64,000 bases of DNA from a bacterium (lineage in GTDB: Bacteria; UBA8248): positions 2,752,001-2,816,000 of the forward strand of contig CBDBBI010000010.1 in the NCBI GenBank assembly GCA_965202625.1. Direction: 5' to 3'. The notes beneath the pieces are model-generated. The model searched no databases. It was not told the DNA's origin and saw only the letters and a program-made list of their open reading frames with translations. The first letter of the stretch is position 1; each line of letters opens with the position of its first letter. The translations under genes and the position numbers were made by a program. Below, in pieces: positions 21,078-30,981 of the stretch.

Positions 21078-23984
21078 ATGCCGCGCCAGACGGAACCCAG
21101 CGCCAACAATGTCCTGGGAGATTTGCTCCGGGCGATGATGCCCGGTTGCGAGGTGCGCTCGGAGAATACGCAGGTTCTCATCGAACATGCAGGCCGCCGT
21201 CCCGACGTTCTGATCATGGCCCCCGGTCGCGCTCCGGTTGTCATAGAGGCCGAGTTTGAGCCGTCGCCGGGAGTGGAAGGAGACGCTCGGGAGCGGTTGG
21301 GGCTGAGGATTGCGGGCGAGGCGCGCCCTATTGAGGCCGCCATCGCTCTTCGCTACCCGCAAGCGGTGGAGGACGCTTATGACGTGGCCCAGACCCTCGC
21401 CGAGGCGAGGGTGTCCTGGTGCGTGCTACGGGAGGACGGCGTCCGTTTTCCCCTATCGGGCTGGTTGGGAGGGTCGGTGGCCGCCCTGGCTGATAGTATC
21501 CGTCTGGTCTCCGTGCCGCAGAAGGAGGTGGACCGGGCGGCTGACTCCTTGCAGGCCGGAGTGGGCGAGGCGGCAACGATTCTGAATGAGGTAAGCGTTT
21601 TACGACCCGCCATGATGGAGAAAATCGCCGGAATACTCGAGTCGGGCGACACTCTCCAGACCCGCCGCATGGCCTGCGCTATTTTCACCAACGCTATGGT
21701 GTTCCATGAGCGCATCGCCGGAACGCAGCATGATGTGGATATACCCCCCTTGGACCAGGTATGTGGGCCTGAGGCGACCAATCCCAAAGAAAGCGTCCTG
21801 GCTGCTTGGCGAAGTATCCTGCAGGTCAATTATTTTCCGATATTCGACGTCGCCGCGCGGATGTTGGGAGAGCTGTCGTCGGGCTACGCCGCCCGGATTT
21901 TATCCAGGTTGCGCGGTACCGCCCAGCGGATGGACGCCGCCGGCATTCCCCACGCCCACGACCTGACCGGTCGGGTATTCCAAAGGCTCATCGCCGACCG
22001 GAAATACCTGGCGACTTTTTACACGCGCCCGGCGTCGGCTTCGCTTCTGGCGCACATAGCGGTAGCGAAACTGGGGGAAGTGGACTGGTCTGACCCGAAA
22101 GACATCGGAAGCTTGCGGGTTGCGGATTTCGCCTGCGGGACGGGCGCGCTTCTCTCTGCGGTTTATGATCAGATGGCCGCTCGCCACGAGCGGGCCGGCG
22201 GCGATTTGGCGAAAATGCATCCAGTGATGATGGAGGAAGTCCTCTACGGCTGCGACGTGATGCCCTCGGCAGTGCACATCACGAGTGCGACCCTCTCTGG
22301 AGTCCAGCCGGCAATCGTCTATCGCAACTCCCGCATCTACACCATGCCCTACGGGCGACAGAACGAAGGCGCGGCGGCGATAGGTTCTCTGGAACTGCTG
22401 GACAAGAGCGGCCAATTGATTTTGTTGAACATGAACGACCCCGCCCGGCGTGTCGGTAGCGTTGGAGAGGAAACCGCCCCTCAAAACGTGGTGGAGTTTC
22501 CGGATGCAGGCTTCGACCTCGTCATCATGAACCCACCGTTCACGCGGGCGGGATCCGATTGGGATGGTGATAAAACGAAAAAGGGATCAATTAAACAGTT
22601 CGAAGGATTAAGAACCGATCTGGAAACTCAAAAGGAAATGTCCGCTAGGGCAGCGCGATTCGCCAAGGACACCTGCGCCCATGGATACGCCGGCATCGCT
22701 TCTTTCTTCGCCGCTCTGGGGGATCTGAAGCTCAAGCCGGGCGGCGTGTTTGCTCTCGTTTTGCCCTTGTCCGCCGCCACGGGCATATCCTGGGAAAAGT
22801 TCCGCCAAATGCTTTCTGACGACTACGCGGACCTGGAAATGCTGAGCATTGCCGCCAATGGCGATGAGATGTCTTTTTCCTCAGATACGAGCATGGCGGA
22901 ATGTCTGGTTATCGCCCGCAAGCGCAAAGCGACCGACCCTCCTGCGCGGAGTGCGCGCTTTACCTCCCTGCGCCAACGTCCGCAGGGCTTCGTCCACGCC
23001 GCCGAGATAGGCAAGAATATCCTCGCCACCGATGCCGTGAGGCGACTCGAGGACGGACCATACGGCGGCACGCCCCTGATGGTGGGTGATGAAATGGCGG
23101 GAGAGATGCTGACGTCGCCTCGTTCCGCAAACGGTGGCGCGTTGGCCGGAGTGCGCATATCGGACTATTCCCTTGGCCAAACCGCTCATGCGCTGGCGGA
23201 CTCGAAACTATGGTTGCCCGGTATCCTGACGGCACTGGAATTGAAAACCGCGCCCATCGACCTTGTGGGCCGTCGTGGTGTGAGTGATAAGGACATCGTA
23301 GGGCACTCCGCTTTTGCCCCGTTCAGCAAGACATCGCCTAGTCTTACCGCTACTTACCCATGTTTGTGGAATCACGACGCCAAAAAAGAAACCCGGATGA
23401 TCTGCGAGTCTGATTCGTCGTTAATCGTGCGGCCGGGTATGGAGAAGAGAGCCGCCGATGTTTGGGCTACAGCCAGCCGCACCCACCTAACACGTGACTT
23501 TCGTTTCAATTCCCAGCCACTGGCGGTTGCGTTTACTGAGGAAAAATCTATCGGTGGAAGGGCATGGCCAAATGTATTTTTCCCCGATGACAGATTTGAC
23601 TCCGTATTTGTCGCATGGAGCAATTCCACTTTAGGTCTGTTGCTGTTCTGGTGGCACTCTAATCGGCAGCAGGGCGGCCGGGGGCAGATAACCATCAGCA
23701 GGGCCGACACTCTCCCCGTTCTCGACTTGCGCACCTTGAGCGATGCGCAGCTCGCCCTCGCCGAGGAGACGTTTGAGGAGTTTCGGGAGAAGGAATTGAA
23801 GCCGGCGTATTTGGCTGACGCGGATCCGAATCGCGCGCTTCTGGACGAGCGAGTAATCTGCGACCTGTTGGGGTTCGACCAATCTGTGTACCGTGGCGTG
23901 CGGCGTCTGGCGGCCAAGTGGTGCGCCGAGCCGTCGGTGCACGGAGGCAAGAAGCGGCCGCCGGATTCTAAGCTGGTGGCGTAG
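21078..23984 (+). CDS. Fused restriction endonuclease-N6-adenine methyltransferase (type IIG/IIL-like), 968 aa
   Basis: N-terminal RPDVLI...VIEAEF (PD-ExK-like), motif I DFACGTG, motif IV MNPPF and a long C-terminal putative target-recognition region. Confidence 0.75.
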   Translation: MPRQTEPSANNVLGDLLRAMMPGCEVRSENTQVLIEHAGRRPDVLIMAPGRAPVVIEAEFEPSPGVEGDARERLGLRIAGEARPIEAAIALRYPQAVEDAYDVAQTLAEARVSWCVLREDGVRFPLSGWLGGSVAALADSIRLVSVPQKEVDRAADSLQAGVGEAATILNEVSVLRPAMMEKIAGILESGDTLQTRRMACAIFTNAMVFHERIAGTQHDVDIPPLDQVCGPEATNPKESVLAAWRSILQVNYFPIFDVAARMLGELSSGYAARILSRLRGTAQRMDAAGIPHAHDLTGRVFQRLIADRKYLATFYTRPASASLLAHIAVAKLGEVDWSDPKDIGSLRVADFACGTGALLSAVYDQMAARHERAGGDLAKMHPVMMEEVLYGCDVMPSAVHITSATLSGVQPAIVYRNSRIYTMPYGRQNEGAAAIGSLELLDKSGQLILLNMNDPARRVGSVGEETAPQNVVEFPDAGFDLVIMNPPFTRAGSDWDGDKTKKGSIKQFEGLRTDLETQKEMSARAARFAKDTCAHGYAGIASFFAALGDLKLKPGGVFALVLPLSAATGISWEKFRQMLSDDYADLEMLSIAANGDEMSFSSDTSMAECLVIARKRKATDPPARSARFTSLRQRPQGFVHAAEIGKNILATDAVRRLEDGPYGGTPLMVGDEMAGEMLTSPRSANGGALAGVRISDYSLGQTAHALADSKLWLPGILTALELKTAPIDLVGRRGVSDKDIVGHSAFAPFSKTSPSLTATYPCLWNHDAKKETRMICESDSSLIVRPGMEKRAADVWATASRTHLTRDFRFNSQPLAVAFTEEKSIGGRAWPNVFFPDDRFDSVFVAWSNSTLGLLLFWWHSNRQQGGRGQITISRADTLPVLDLRTLSDAQLALAEETFEEFREKELKPAYLADADPNRALLDERVICDLLGFDQSVYRGVRRLAAKWCAEPSVHGGKKRPPDSKLVA

Positions 23985-24008
23985 GGGCGGTCTGCGGACC
24001 ACCCCTAC
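23981..24008. repeat. GTAG-type REP-like hairpin or bidirectional terminator between convergent genes
   Basis: GTAGGGGCGGTC-TGCG-GACCACCCCTAC, 11 of 12 stem pairs. Confidence 0.5.
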
Positions 24009-24014
24009 TTAGTT

Positions 24015-24695
24015 TTACCCTTTTTTGATCAATATGTTGTTGTATAAGAGTGCCGCCGCTACGCCGCCGATGATGGGCCCTATCCAATAGACGAGGTGGT
24101 TGACCCCGTCAAAGCCACCTCCGGCCAACGCGGGGCCGAACGTGCGCGCCGGGTTCATGGCCGCGCCCGTGAGTGGGCCGCCCATCAGAATGTCCGCAGA
24201 GACGGTGAGGCCGATCGCAAAACCGCCCACGTCGGGACGCCTGTCATCCACGGCGGAGCCCCAGATGGCGGTGACCAGGAGGAACGTGAGGATGATTTCG
24301 ATCAGAATCCCCATCCCGAAGTTCACGTCGCCCGCAAGAGTCGGCGTCCCCAGATTCACCTTTTGCCACACCTCGGCGTCGAAGATGATTCTCAGCAGGA
24401 TGCCGGCCACGGCTCCGCCCACGAGTTGGCTGATGATGTAGGAAATGCCCGTGCCGCCGTCGGTCTTTTTCGTCACCATGAAGCCGATGGTGACGGCCGG
24501 GTTGTAGTGACCGCCCGAGACGTGTCCCATGGCGGAGATCATGGCCGAGAGAATCAGCCCATGAGCGAGGGCGATGCCGATCAGCCCCACGGCCCCTCCC
24601 GTTTTCTGGTTCAGTATGATGGCGCCGGCGCCGATGAAGCACAGCGCGAAGGTGCCGATGGCTTCGGCTAGACAGGCCCTTCCTGTGGGACTCAT
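24015..24695 (-). CDS. MIP family channel (aquaporin-like)
   Basis: Two NPA boxes (HYNPAVT, MNPART). Confidence 0.93.
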   Translation of the reverse strand: MSPTGRACLAEAIGTFALCFIGAGAIILNQKTGGAVGLIGIALAHGLILSAMISAMGHVSGGHYNPAVTIGFMVTKKTDGGTGISYIISQLVGGAVAGILLRIIFDAEVWQKVNLGTPTLAGDVNFGMGILIEIILTFLLVTAIWGSAVDDRRPDVGGFAIGLTVSADILMGGPLTGAAMNPARTFGPALAGGGFDGVNHLVYWIGPIIGGVAAALLYNNILIKKG

Positions 24696-24826
24696 TTTTT
24701 CTTCTCCTTGTCCATTCGGGCGATAAGAATTGATGCGAAATCCGCGCCCCCCTTCGGTTCTACACGAAGGACGACGAGCAATGGGGACGGCTCATCCTCC
24801 AGGTTTCCATGCGCCATTATAGCAAA

Positions 24827-25786
24827 TTATGGCGAGGGCACCACGTTTTGCGGCTTTCCCGAGAGGGCGGCAGCGACGTTTTCCACCGACATGAGGAGGC
24901 CCGCTTCCGTCACCTCGGGCGTGATGCCCGCATTATGCGGGGAGAGAACCACGTTTTTCAGTTTCCCCAACGGATGATTCAGAGGCAGGGGCTCCTCGTC
25001 GAATACGTCGAGGCCCGCCGCAGCCAGAGTCCCGTCTTCCAAAGCAGATATGAGCGCCCCCTCGTCCACGATCGCCCCCCGCGCGGTGTTCACCAAAATG
25101 GTGTTTGACCTCATACGGGAGAACGCCCCGGCGTCGACCATGCCGATGGTGTCCGCCGATTGTCGCACGTGGATGGAAACCACGTCGGCGCGTTCATACA
25201 AGGCGTTCAACTCGACGAGCTCCAGTCCCGCCTCCGCGGCGAAAGCCTCGTCCGGATGAAACGTCCAGGCGATGACGTTCATCCCGATGCCCGAAGCGAT
25301 GCGCGCCGTCTGGCGGCCAATGGCACCTAAGCCGATGAGGCCGAGCGTCTTCCCGCTCAGTTGCGTCATCTGGCCTCGGGGCCATGCGCCCGCCCGCGTG
25401 GCGGAATCATTCTGGGGTATCTGACGCGCAGCCGCCATCATCAGGGCTAGGGCGTGTTCCGCCACGGAAACGGCGGCCACGCCCGGCGTGTTCGACACGA
25501 TGATGCCGGCGGCGCCTGCCGCCCCCAGATCGACGTGGTCCGTTCCTGTTCCCCAGATCGAGAGTGTCTTGAGAGCGCGGCAGTTCGAGAAAAAAGCCGC
25601 GTCGAATCTGCAGAAGGCGCGGATGTTGATGACGCCGTCGGCCCCATTTACACGGCGGAGCAATTCTTCGGGCGTTTGCGGGTTCGACGTGTGAATTTCC
25701 ACATCCCCGACCTTCCGCAGACGCGCCTCGGCGGCGCTGTCCAGGAAAACGGAAGGGTAGTCGTCTGGCACAACAATTCGGCTCAC
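24827..25786 (-). CDS. D-isomer-specific 2-hydroxyacid dehydrogenase (SerA-like catalytic core)
   Basis: GLGAIG, NTARG, LDVFDEEP and SPH. Confidence 0.9.
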   Translation of the reverse strand: MSRIVVPDDYPSVFLDSAAEARLRKVGDVEIHTSNPQTPEELLRRVNGADGVINIRAFCRFDAAFFSNCRALKTLSIWGTGTDHVDLGAAGAAGIIVSNTPGVAAVSVAEHALALMMAAARQIPQNDSATRAGAWPRGQMTQLSGKTLGLIGLGAIGRQTARIASGIGMNVIAWTFHPDEAFAAEAGLELVELNALYERADVVSIHVRQSADTIGMVDAGAFSRMRSNTILVNTARGAIVDEGALISALEDGTLAAAGLDVFDEEPLPLNHPLGKLKNVVLSPHNAGITPEVTEAGLLMSVENVAAALSGKPQNVVPSP

Positions 25787-25906
25787 GGTATAATCCCTTT
25801 AAGTGATAAAAAACGGATGTTCTCATTATTTGCTTTCGCCGCCCTTGCTTGTGCGATATGGTTCTCTCGCTCACACTATTTATGCCACCTAGAGGAGACA
25901 AGACAA

Positions 25907-26461
25907 GTGCCCCCACTCGATCCGCGTAAAGACAGCGTCGTTCCCGGCGAACGCACCATTGACAAGCCGGAACTCCCCTCGCAGGGCTACGCCTTCACCA
26001 TGTCTGCCGACACTGAAACGGTGGAGGGGAAAGGGCAGCTCAAACTGGGGACGCACAGACACTTTGAGGTCTATTGCGATGAGCCGCCCCGCATCGGTGG
26101 GGAGGATTCCCACCCGCAGCCGCTTTGCTACATCGCCATGGGGGTAGGGTTCTGACTCCTCACCCAGCTGGCGCGGTACGCGCACATGATGAAGGTATCT
26201 TTCACGCGCGCGAGAGTGCGCGTGGATTTCGATTATTTTCTGAGCGGCTCCGTTCTCAAGGGCACGGTGAACGCCGGCTGCACGGAAGTCCGCACGCATT
26301 TCGAGGTGGAGTCCGAGGAAACGGCGGAGAAGGTTTTGGCGGTCGTCAAGAACGCGAAGCAAGGGTGCTTCGCCGAGCGGATGGTGACGGACGCCGTTGC
26401 CCTGAAAAGCACGATTGCCTTGAACGGCGATCCGATTTCTTTGAGCGGGGTCACCGAATAA
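25907..26461 (+). CDS. OsmC/Ohr-like protein, probable selenoprotein (TGA 26153-26155 = Sec83), 184 aa
   Basis: RBS GAGGAG and GTG start. DEPPRIGGEDSHPQP...GF-TGA-LLTQLARYA continues in frame into ORF 26186-26461, which holds the second Cys (QGCFAE). Hairpin at 26171-26183. Confidence 0.85.
26171..26183 (+). promoter_or_regulatory. Putative bacterial SECIS element (OsmC-like gene)
   Basis: GCGCG-GTA-CGCGC; the loop starts with G and lies 20 nt after the TGA. Confidence 0.6.
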
Positions 26462-26622
26462 GGCGCGCGAGCGCATAGGGCGGACGCCAGGATGCCGCCG
26501 TTTCGTTTTGAGAGTGAGCGGGGAGGCGGCGGCACTGGCTCCTTGACCCATCCGTCCGGGTCGACGATGCGCGGGATGGACGCCTTGTGCGCGGCGCCCC
26601 GTCTCTCTCTAAAACAGGGACG

Positions 26623-28125
26623 CTAGGAGGTCGAATTCGCCGCGACGGCGCGCTTTCCGGCGGCGTTGCCCGCTAGTCGGCCGTAGACGGCGCCCAGGGT
26701 TAGCCCCGCCCCTCCAGGGTAGTTGAAGTAATAGACGCCGCCCACGAGCTCGCCCGCGGCGAAGAGCCCGGGAATGACCTCGTTCTCGGTGTTCACGACT
26801 TCGGTTTTGGGCGTCACGCGGACGCCGCCGAAGGTGAAAGTGATGCCTGTGGTGACGGCGAAGCCGAGATAGGGCGGCTCGTCAATGGGAAGTGCCCAGT
26901 TCGATTTGGGCGGATCGATTCCCTTCGTGTGCTTGCCGTCCTTGATGGTCGGGTTGTATTCCCCCGGCTGGATGGCGGCGTTGTATTCTCGAATCGTTTT
27001 CACGAAAGCGTCGACGTCGATATCGAGTTGCGCGGCGAGTTCCTCCAGGGTATTCGCCTCTGCCTTGGTGACCTCGCGGATGCGGTATTCGTCTCGAAGC
27101 ATGTGCGCCGTTTTCTGGTCGAATATCTGAAACGCGGCTCGCTGAGGCTGCTGGAGAATGTCGCGACCGTATTTGGCGTAGGTGTAGTTTCTGAAGTCGG
27201 CTCCCTCGTCAACGAAGCGTTTGCCCTTGACGTTCACGATGACTCCGAGGGGGTAGGAGTGTTTCTGATAGGATTCTCCCACCGTGAGGTTGCCGAAGGG
27301 CGGAGCGTTCAGATCCCATGCGACGGCGTGGCAGCCGCTCCAGTTGCCGTAGGGCTGGGCGCCAATGTCGAGCGCCATCCTGATGCCGTCGCCCGTGTTG
27401 TAGGGGGTGCCGCGAACTTTCGCGAGTTCCCAGCCCGGACCCAGGTATCGGCAGCGCATCTCCGCGTTCGCCTCGAAGCCGCCCGACGCCAGCACCACTC
27501 CGTGGGCCTCGACCTCGTAAGGACCTTCGGGACCTTTCACCGCAACGCCCGTTACGGTGCCCATGGGGTCGGTGAGGAGGCGAGTCGCCTTTGACCCGTA
27601 GCGGATTTCGACTCCGGCTGCGCACGCCGCGTCAAGGAGCGAGTCGATGAGCCCGCGCCCGCCACCGACGATTTCGAGGATCAAACCGCCCCAGAAACGC
27701 ATCTTGCCGTCCACCTTGAAGGCCTGCCGCCCGCTTGCGAGGATGAGCCGCAAGCCCTTTGAGCGCATCCATTTCAGAGTCGGGAGCGACTCGTGAACGA
27801 GAACGGAGGAGAGGTCGCCGTCGGTCTGGTATTCGGTCAGCAAGGCGAGGTCGTCAAAGAATTTCTCGGAAGTGTAGGGTTCGATCTCGATGGTTTTTTT
27901 TTCGGTCTCGGAAAGGTCCGGAACGAGCGCGTAGATGTCCTCAATGCTGTGAAAGGCAAAGCGAAACAATCCTCCCGAAAAAGCCGAATTGCCGCCGCGC
28001 CATGCTTCGGGCGCCTTCTCGAGCACCAAAACCTTGGCCGCTCCCTGGTCTCGCGCCGCAAGTGCTGCGCAAAGAGCGGCGTTGCCGCATCCCACGACGA
28101 CGACGTCGTATTTCTCTTTTGGCAC
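26623..28125 (-). CDS. tcuA: FAD-dependent tricarballylate dehydrogenase TcuA-like flavoprotein
   Basis: VVGCGNAALCAA, RGGNS, GGFEAN, RFVDEGAD, GITFTFGG and NYPGG. Confidence 0.75.
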   Translation of the reverse strand: MPKEKYDVVVVGCGNAALCAALAARDQGAAKVLVLEKAPEAWRGGNSAFSGGLFRFAFHSIEDIYALVPDLSETEKKTIEIEPYTSEKFFDDLALLTEYQTDGDLSSVLVHESLPTLKWMRSKGLRLILASGRQAFKVDGKMRFWGGLILEIVGGGRGLIDSLLDAACAAGVEIRYGSKATRLLTDPMGTVTGVAVKGPEGPYEVEAHGVVLASGGFEANAEMRCRYLGPGWELAKVRGTPYNTGDGIRMALDIGAQPYGNWSGCHAVAWDLNAPPFGNLTVGESYQKHSYPLGVIVNVKGKRFVDEGADFRNYTYAKYGRDILQQPQRAAFQIFDQKTAHMLRDEYRIREVTKAEANTLEELAAQLDIDVDAFVKTIREYNAAIQPGEYNPTIKDGKHTKGIDPPKSNWALPIDEPPYLGFAVTTGITFTFGGVRVTPKTEVVNTENEVIPGLFAAGELVGGVYYFNYPGGAGLTLGAVYGRLAGNAAGKRAVAANSTS

Positions 28126-28276
28126 TTTGCAAAACCTCCTCAGAGCAGGCCGCTCACGAAGGCCGGCCCATTTTGTGAATACCTTTCGGGGAAGTCGCGC
28201 AGAAACGGCGATCTATATCCGCCCCCTCGTTAACGGAATGGCGGGGCGGGGACGATGTGAGTGGAGCGGGACGTTC

Positions 28277-28663
28277 TCAACCGCGCTGGGCCATTTCGAT
28301 GCTGACGTTGTCAGGTCCCTTGACGAAGGCGATTTTCACGCCCGGGCGTATCTCCCAGGGTTCGCAAATCCATTCGGCGCCCTTCTCGGTCAACTCTTTT
28401 TGCGCCTCGTCCATGTCGTCGACCAGCAGACCGAAATGATCCAGCCCGTAGCGAGGCTCGGAGCCCGTCCGCACCGGGTCCTCTCCTTTCGCACGGCCCG
28501 ATACGAGGAACGTCATGCCGTTCAAATCCATGTGGAACGACGGGGCACCGCCCAGCTCCCTTTCCTCCAGGACGGTGGCCCCGAACATGTCGATCCAGAA
28601 ATCGCGCGCAGCGTGAGGGTCCTCGCTCCTGAAGTGAATATGATCATATCCGTATTTGGCCAT
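28277..28663 (-). CDS. VOC/glyoxalase family protein
   Basis: YDHIHFRS, GLDHFGLLVDD and AFVKGPDNVSIE. Confidence 0.88.
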   Translation of the reverse strand: MAKYGYDHIHFRSEDPHAARDFWIDMFGATVLEERELGGAPSFHMDLNGMTFLVSGRAKGEDPVRTGSEPRYGLDHFGLLVDDMDEAQKELTEKGAEWICEPWEIRPGVKIAFVKGPDNVSIEMAQRG

Positions 28664-28800
28664 GCGGCAATCCCCTCTCGATAAGCAGTTCCAGGCCATC
28701 ACGTTGGATGATGTATTCAGTTTTCGTTGGACGATGTAAACGCAAACCCTTGGAGTGTAAAGGTTATGGCGGGAAGTGGCAAGAGGAGCAAAAGAAAGCC

Positions 28801-29442
28801 CTAGCCGGGGCCGCCCTCCTCCACCTTGATGAGGTTTTCCGCTTCGGCCATCTCATGGAAAAGCTGGCAGGTGGCCGAGAAATCTTTTTCCAGCTTGTTG
28901 AAGAGCTGGGAAATTTGCTCGGGGGAGACGACTTTGGAGAGTTCACCGTGAACGGCGCGCCAGGCGTGCGTTCCGCGCTCTCCGCGCTGAAGGTCCGTCT
29001 CCGCGCTCTCCGTGATGGCGTTATACGCCTCGCCCTCGCGCTCGAGCAGATCTCTAAGGACAGGCTCGTAGTTGGGATCGTTGGAGAGGAGGTAGCGCAT
29101 GAGGTAGGGCCTGAATTGGCGCGCGCTCGCGATCGGCTGCTGGTCTGGCGTCTCGCGCAGAGCCTGGCACGTGGCGGAGAAATCTCTCTCCATGCGCTCG
29201 AACAACTGCTCGATGTGAAACGGGGTGAGAATGTCGGTCAGTGCGGTGAAAACAACATGCCAAGTCTGGGCGCCTCGCTGCCCCCGCTGCATTTCCGCAT
29301 CTTCACTCGCCGTAATCTGGTCATAGACCTCGTTTTCGAAATTCAGCAGATCTCTGAGAACAGGCTCATAATTCGGATTGTTGGAGTGAAGGTATCGCAT
29401 GAGGTAGGGCTTGAAATTCCGCACTTTCTGGAGTCTGGCCAT
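28801..29442 (-). CDS. Hypothetical 213-aa protein made of two ~100-aa internal repeats
   Basis: RBS GGAGGA. The pattern PYLMRYLxSNxPNYEPVLRDLL...QRGxRGxxxW...QLFxxxExDFSATCQ occurs twice. Confidence 0.8.
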   Translation of the reverse strand: MARLQKVRNFKPYLMRYLHSNNPNYEPVLRDLLNFENEVYDQITASEDAEMQRGQRGAQTWHVVFTALTDILTPFHIEQLFERMERDFSATCQALRETPDQQPIASARQFRPYLMRYLLSNDPNYEPVLRDLLEREGEAYNAITESAETDLQRGERGTHAWRAVHGELSKVVSPEQISQLFNKLEKDFSATCQLFHEMAEAENLIKVEEGGPG

Positions 29443-29673
29443 GGGGTCTTCCTCCATATCAGGGTCGTGGGACGAATTTAGAGAATGCGCCGAATCATAG
29501 TCGGTCGAGGAGCGCCTGCATGATCGTGAGCGTCCACTATAGCATGATCCTATCACACATTTGGTCCATCTCGTTACGAATAGCGGCGAAATGTGGCATG
29601 ATTCCTGTGGAATTTCTGCATTCGAAGCGGATATCGCGGCGTGAATCATGCGTGATTCTGGGAGAATTTGAGG

Positions 29674-30795
29674 ATGGAAGATGTAAGAGTGGAGCGAATG
29701 GCGGAGATCATCACAGGGTATTCCGCGCGGTTGAGGTCAGGCGACCTAGTGGGCGTCCGGGGAAGCGCGGCGGCGGCCCCTCTCATTCGGGCGGTTTATG
29801 CCGAGTGCCTCAAGCGCCGCGCTTATCCCTATGTCGACGTGTCGCTGCCGGGGATGGAGGAGATTTTCTACAAGCACGCCAATCGCCATCAGCTCTCCTA
29901 CCTCTCGCCTTTGCGGCGTTTTGAGATTGAAAACGTGGACGTCGTCATCAGCATCTTGTCGGAGACGAACACGCGGCGGCTGTCGGGCACCGACCCCAAA
30001 AAACAGGCCTTGGCGTCCAAAGCCAGGCAGCCCATCATGGAGACGTTCATGAGGCGTTCCGCCCAGTATGAAAAAACGCGGGAGAAGGGTTTGAGATGGA
30101 CGCTCACGCTCTTTCCGACGGAAGCCTACGCGCAGGATGCGGAAATGGGCATCGGCGAGTATGAGGATTTCGTCTTCGGCGCGTGCTTCGCCGATGAAGC
30201 GGGCGGCGTGAAACGTTGGCGCGCCCTGGACAGGCGCCAGGAGCGTATCGTTCGTTATCTAGAGGGTCGCAAGGTGGTGGAAATCAAGGCCCCGGGCACC
30301 GATTTGCGGGTGGGCATCGCGGGGCGTCCGTTCATGAATTGCTCGGGGCGCAACAACTTTCCGGATGGGGAGATATTCACGGGTCCCCAGGAGCGGAAAA
30401 TCGACGGGAAGATTCGCTATTCGTTTCCTGCCTGCATCTCGGGGCGTGAGGTGGAGGGGGTGGAGCTTGAGTTTGAAAAAGGGGAGGTCGTGAAGGCCAC
30501 GGCGGAGAAGAACGAAGCCTTCCTCCGTTCTATGATTGGCATGGATGGCGGTGCGAGGAGGGTGGGGGAGTTCGCCTTCGGCCTCAACTACGGCATCCAG
30601 CGATTCACGAAAAATACGCTGTTCGACGAGAAGATCGGCGGTACCCTGCACGTCGCCCTGGGCAAGGGCTATCCCCAGAGCGGCTCTAAGAACGACTCCG
30701 CCCTGCATTGGGACATGGTCTGCGATTTGCGCGATGGGGGCGAGGTGTACGTGGACGGAAAACTCTTCTCTCAAAACGGAGAGTTGAAGGTTTGA
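29674..30795 (+). CDS. M29 aminopeptidase (AmpS/PepS-like)
   Basis: NFPDGEIFTGP, GEFAFG, LFDEKIGGTLHVALG and SALHWD. Confidence 0.92.
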   Translation: MEDVRVERMAEIITGYSARLRSGDLVGVRGSAAAAPLIRAVYAECLKRRAYPYVDVSLPGMEEIFYKHANRHQLSYLSPLRRFEIENVDVVISILSETNTRRLSGTDPKKQALASKARQPIMETFMRRSAQYEKTREKGLRWTLTLFPTEAYAQDAEMGIGEYEDFVFGACFADEAGGVKRWRALDRRQERIVRYLEGRKVVEIKAPGTDLRVGIAGRPFMNCSGRNNFPDGEIFTGPQERKIDGKIRYSFPACISGREVEGVELEFEKGEVVKATAEKNEAFLRSMIGMDGGARRVGEFAFGLNYGIQRFTKNTLFDEKIGGTLHVALGKGYPQSGSKNDSALHWDMVCDLRDGGEVYVDGKLFSQNGELKV

Positions 30796-30905
30796 TGGCG
30801 TCAGGAAAAAGCGGAGTCGAATGCGCGCAACCTCACTTGGGTCGGCCCAGACGATAGTCGCCAACGAACCCTTGAGATGTTATTCTCATCGCGCCATTTC
30901 CACCC

Positions 30906-30981
30906 GGGCGGGTAGCTCAGCTGGCAGAGCGGTGCCCTTACAAGGCATAGGTCGGAGGTTCGAGCCCTCTCCCGCCCACCA
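30906..30981 (+). tRNA. tRNA-Val (TAC)
   Basis: 76-nt cloverleaf: GGGCGGG/CCCGCCC acceptor stem, TAGCTCAG, anticodon loop CTTACAA, GGTTCGAG T-arm and encoded CCA. Confidence 0.96.
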
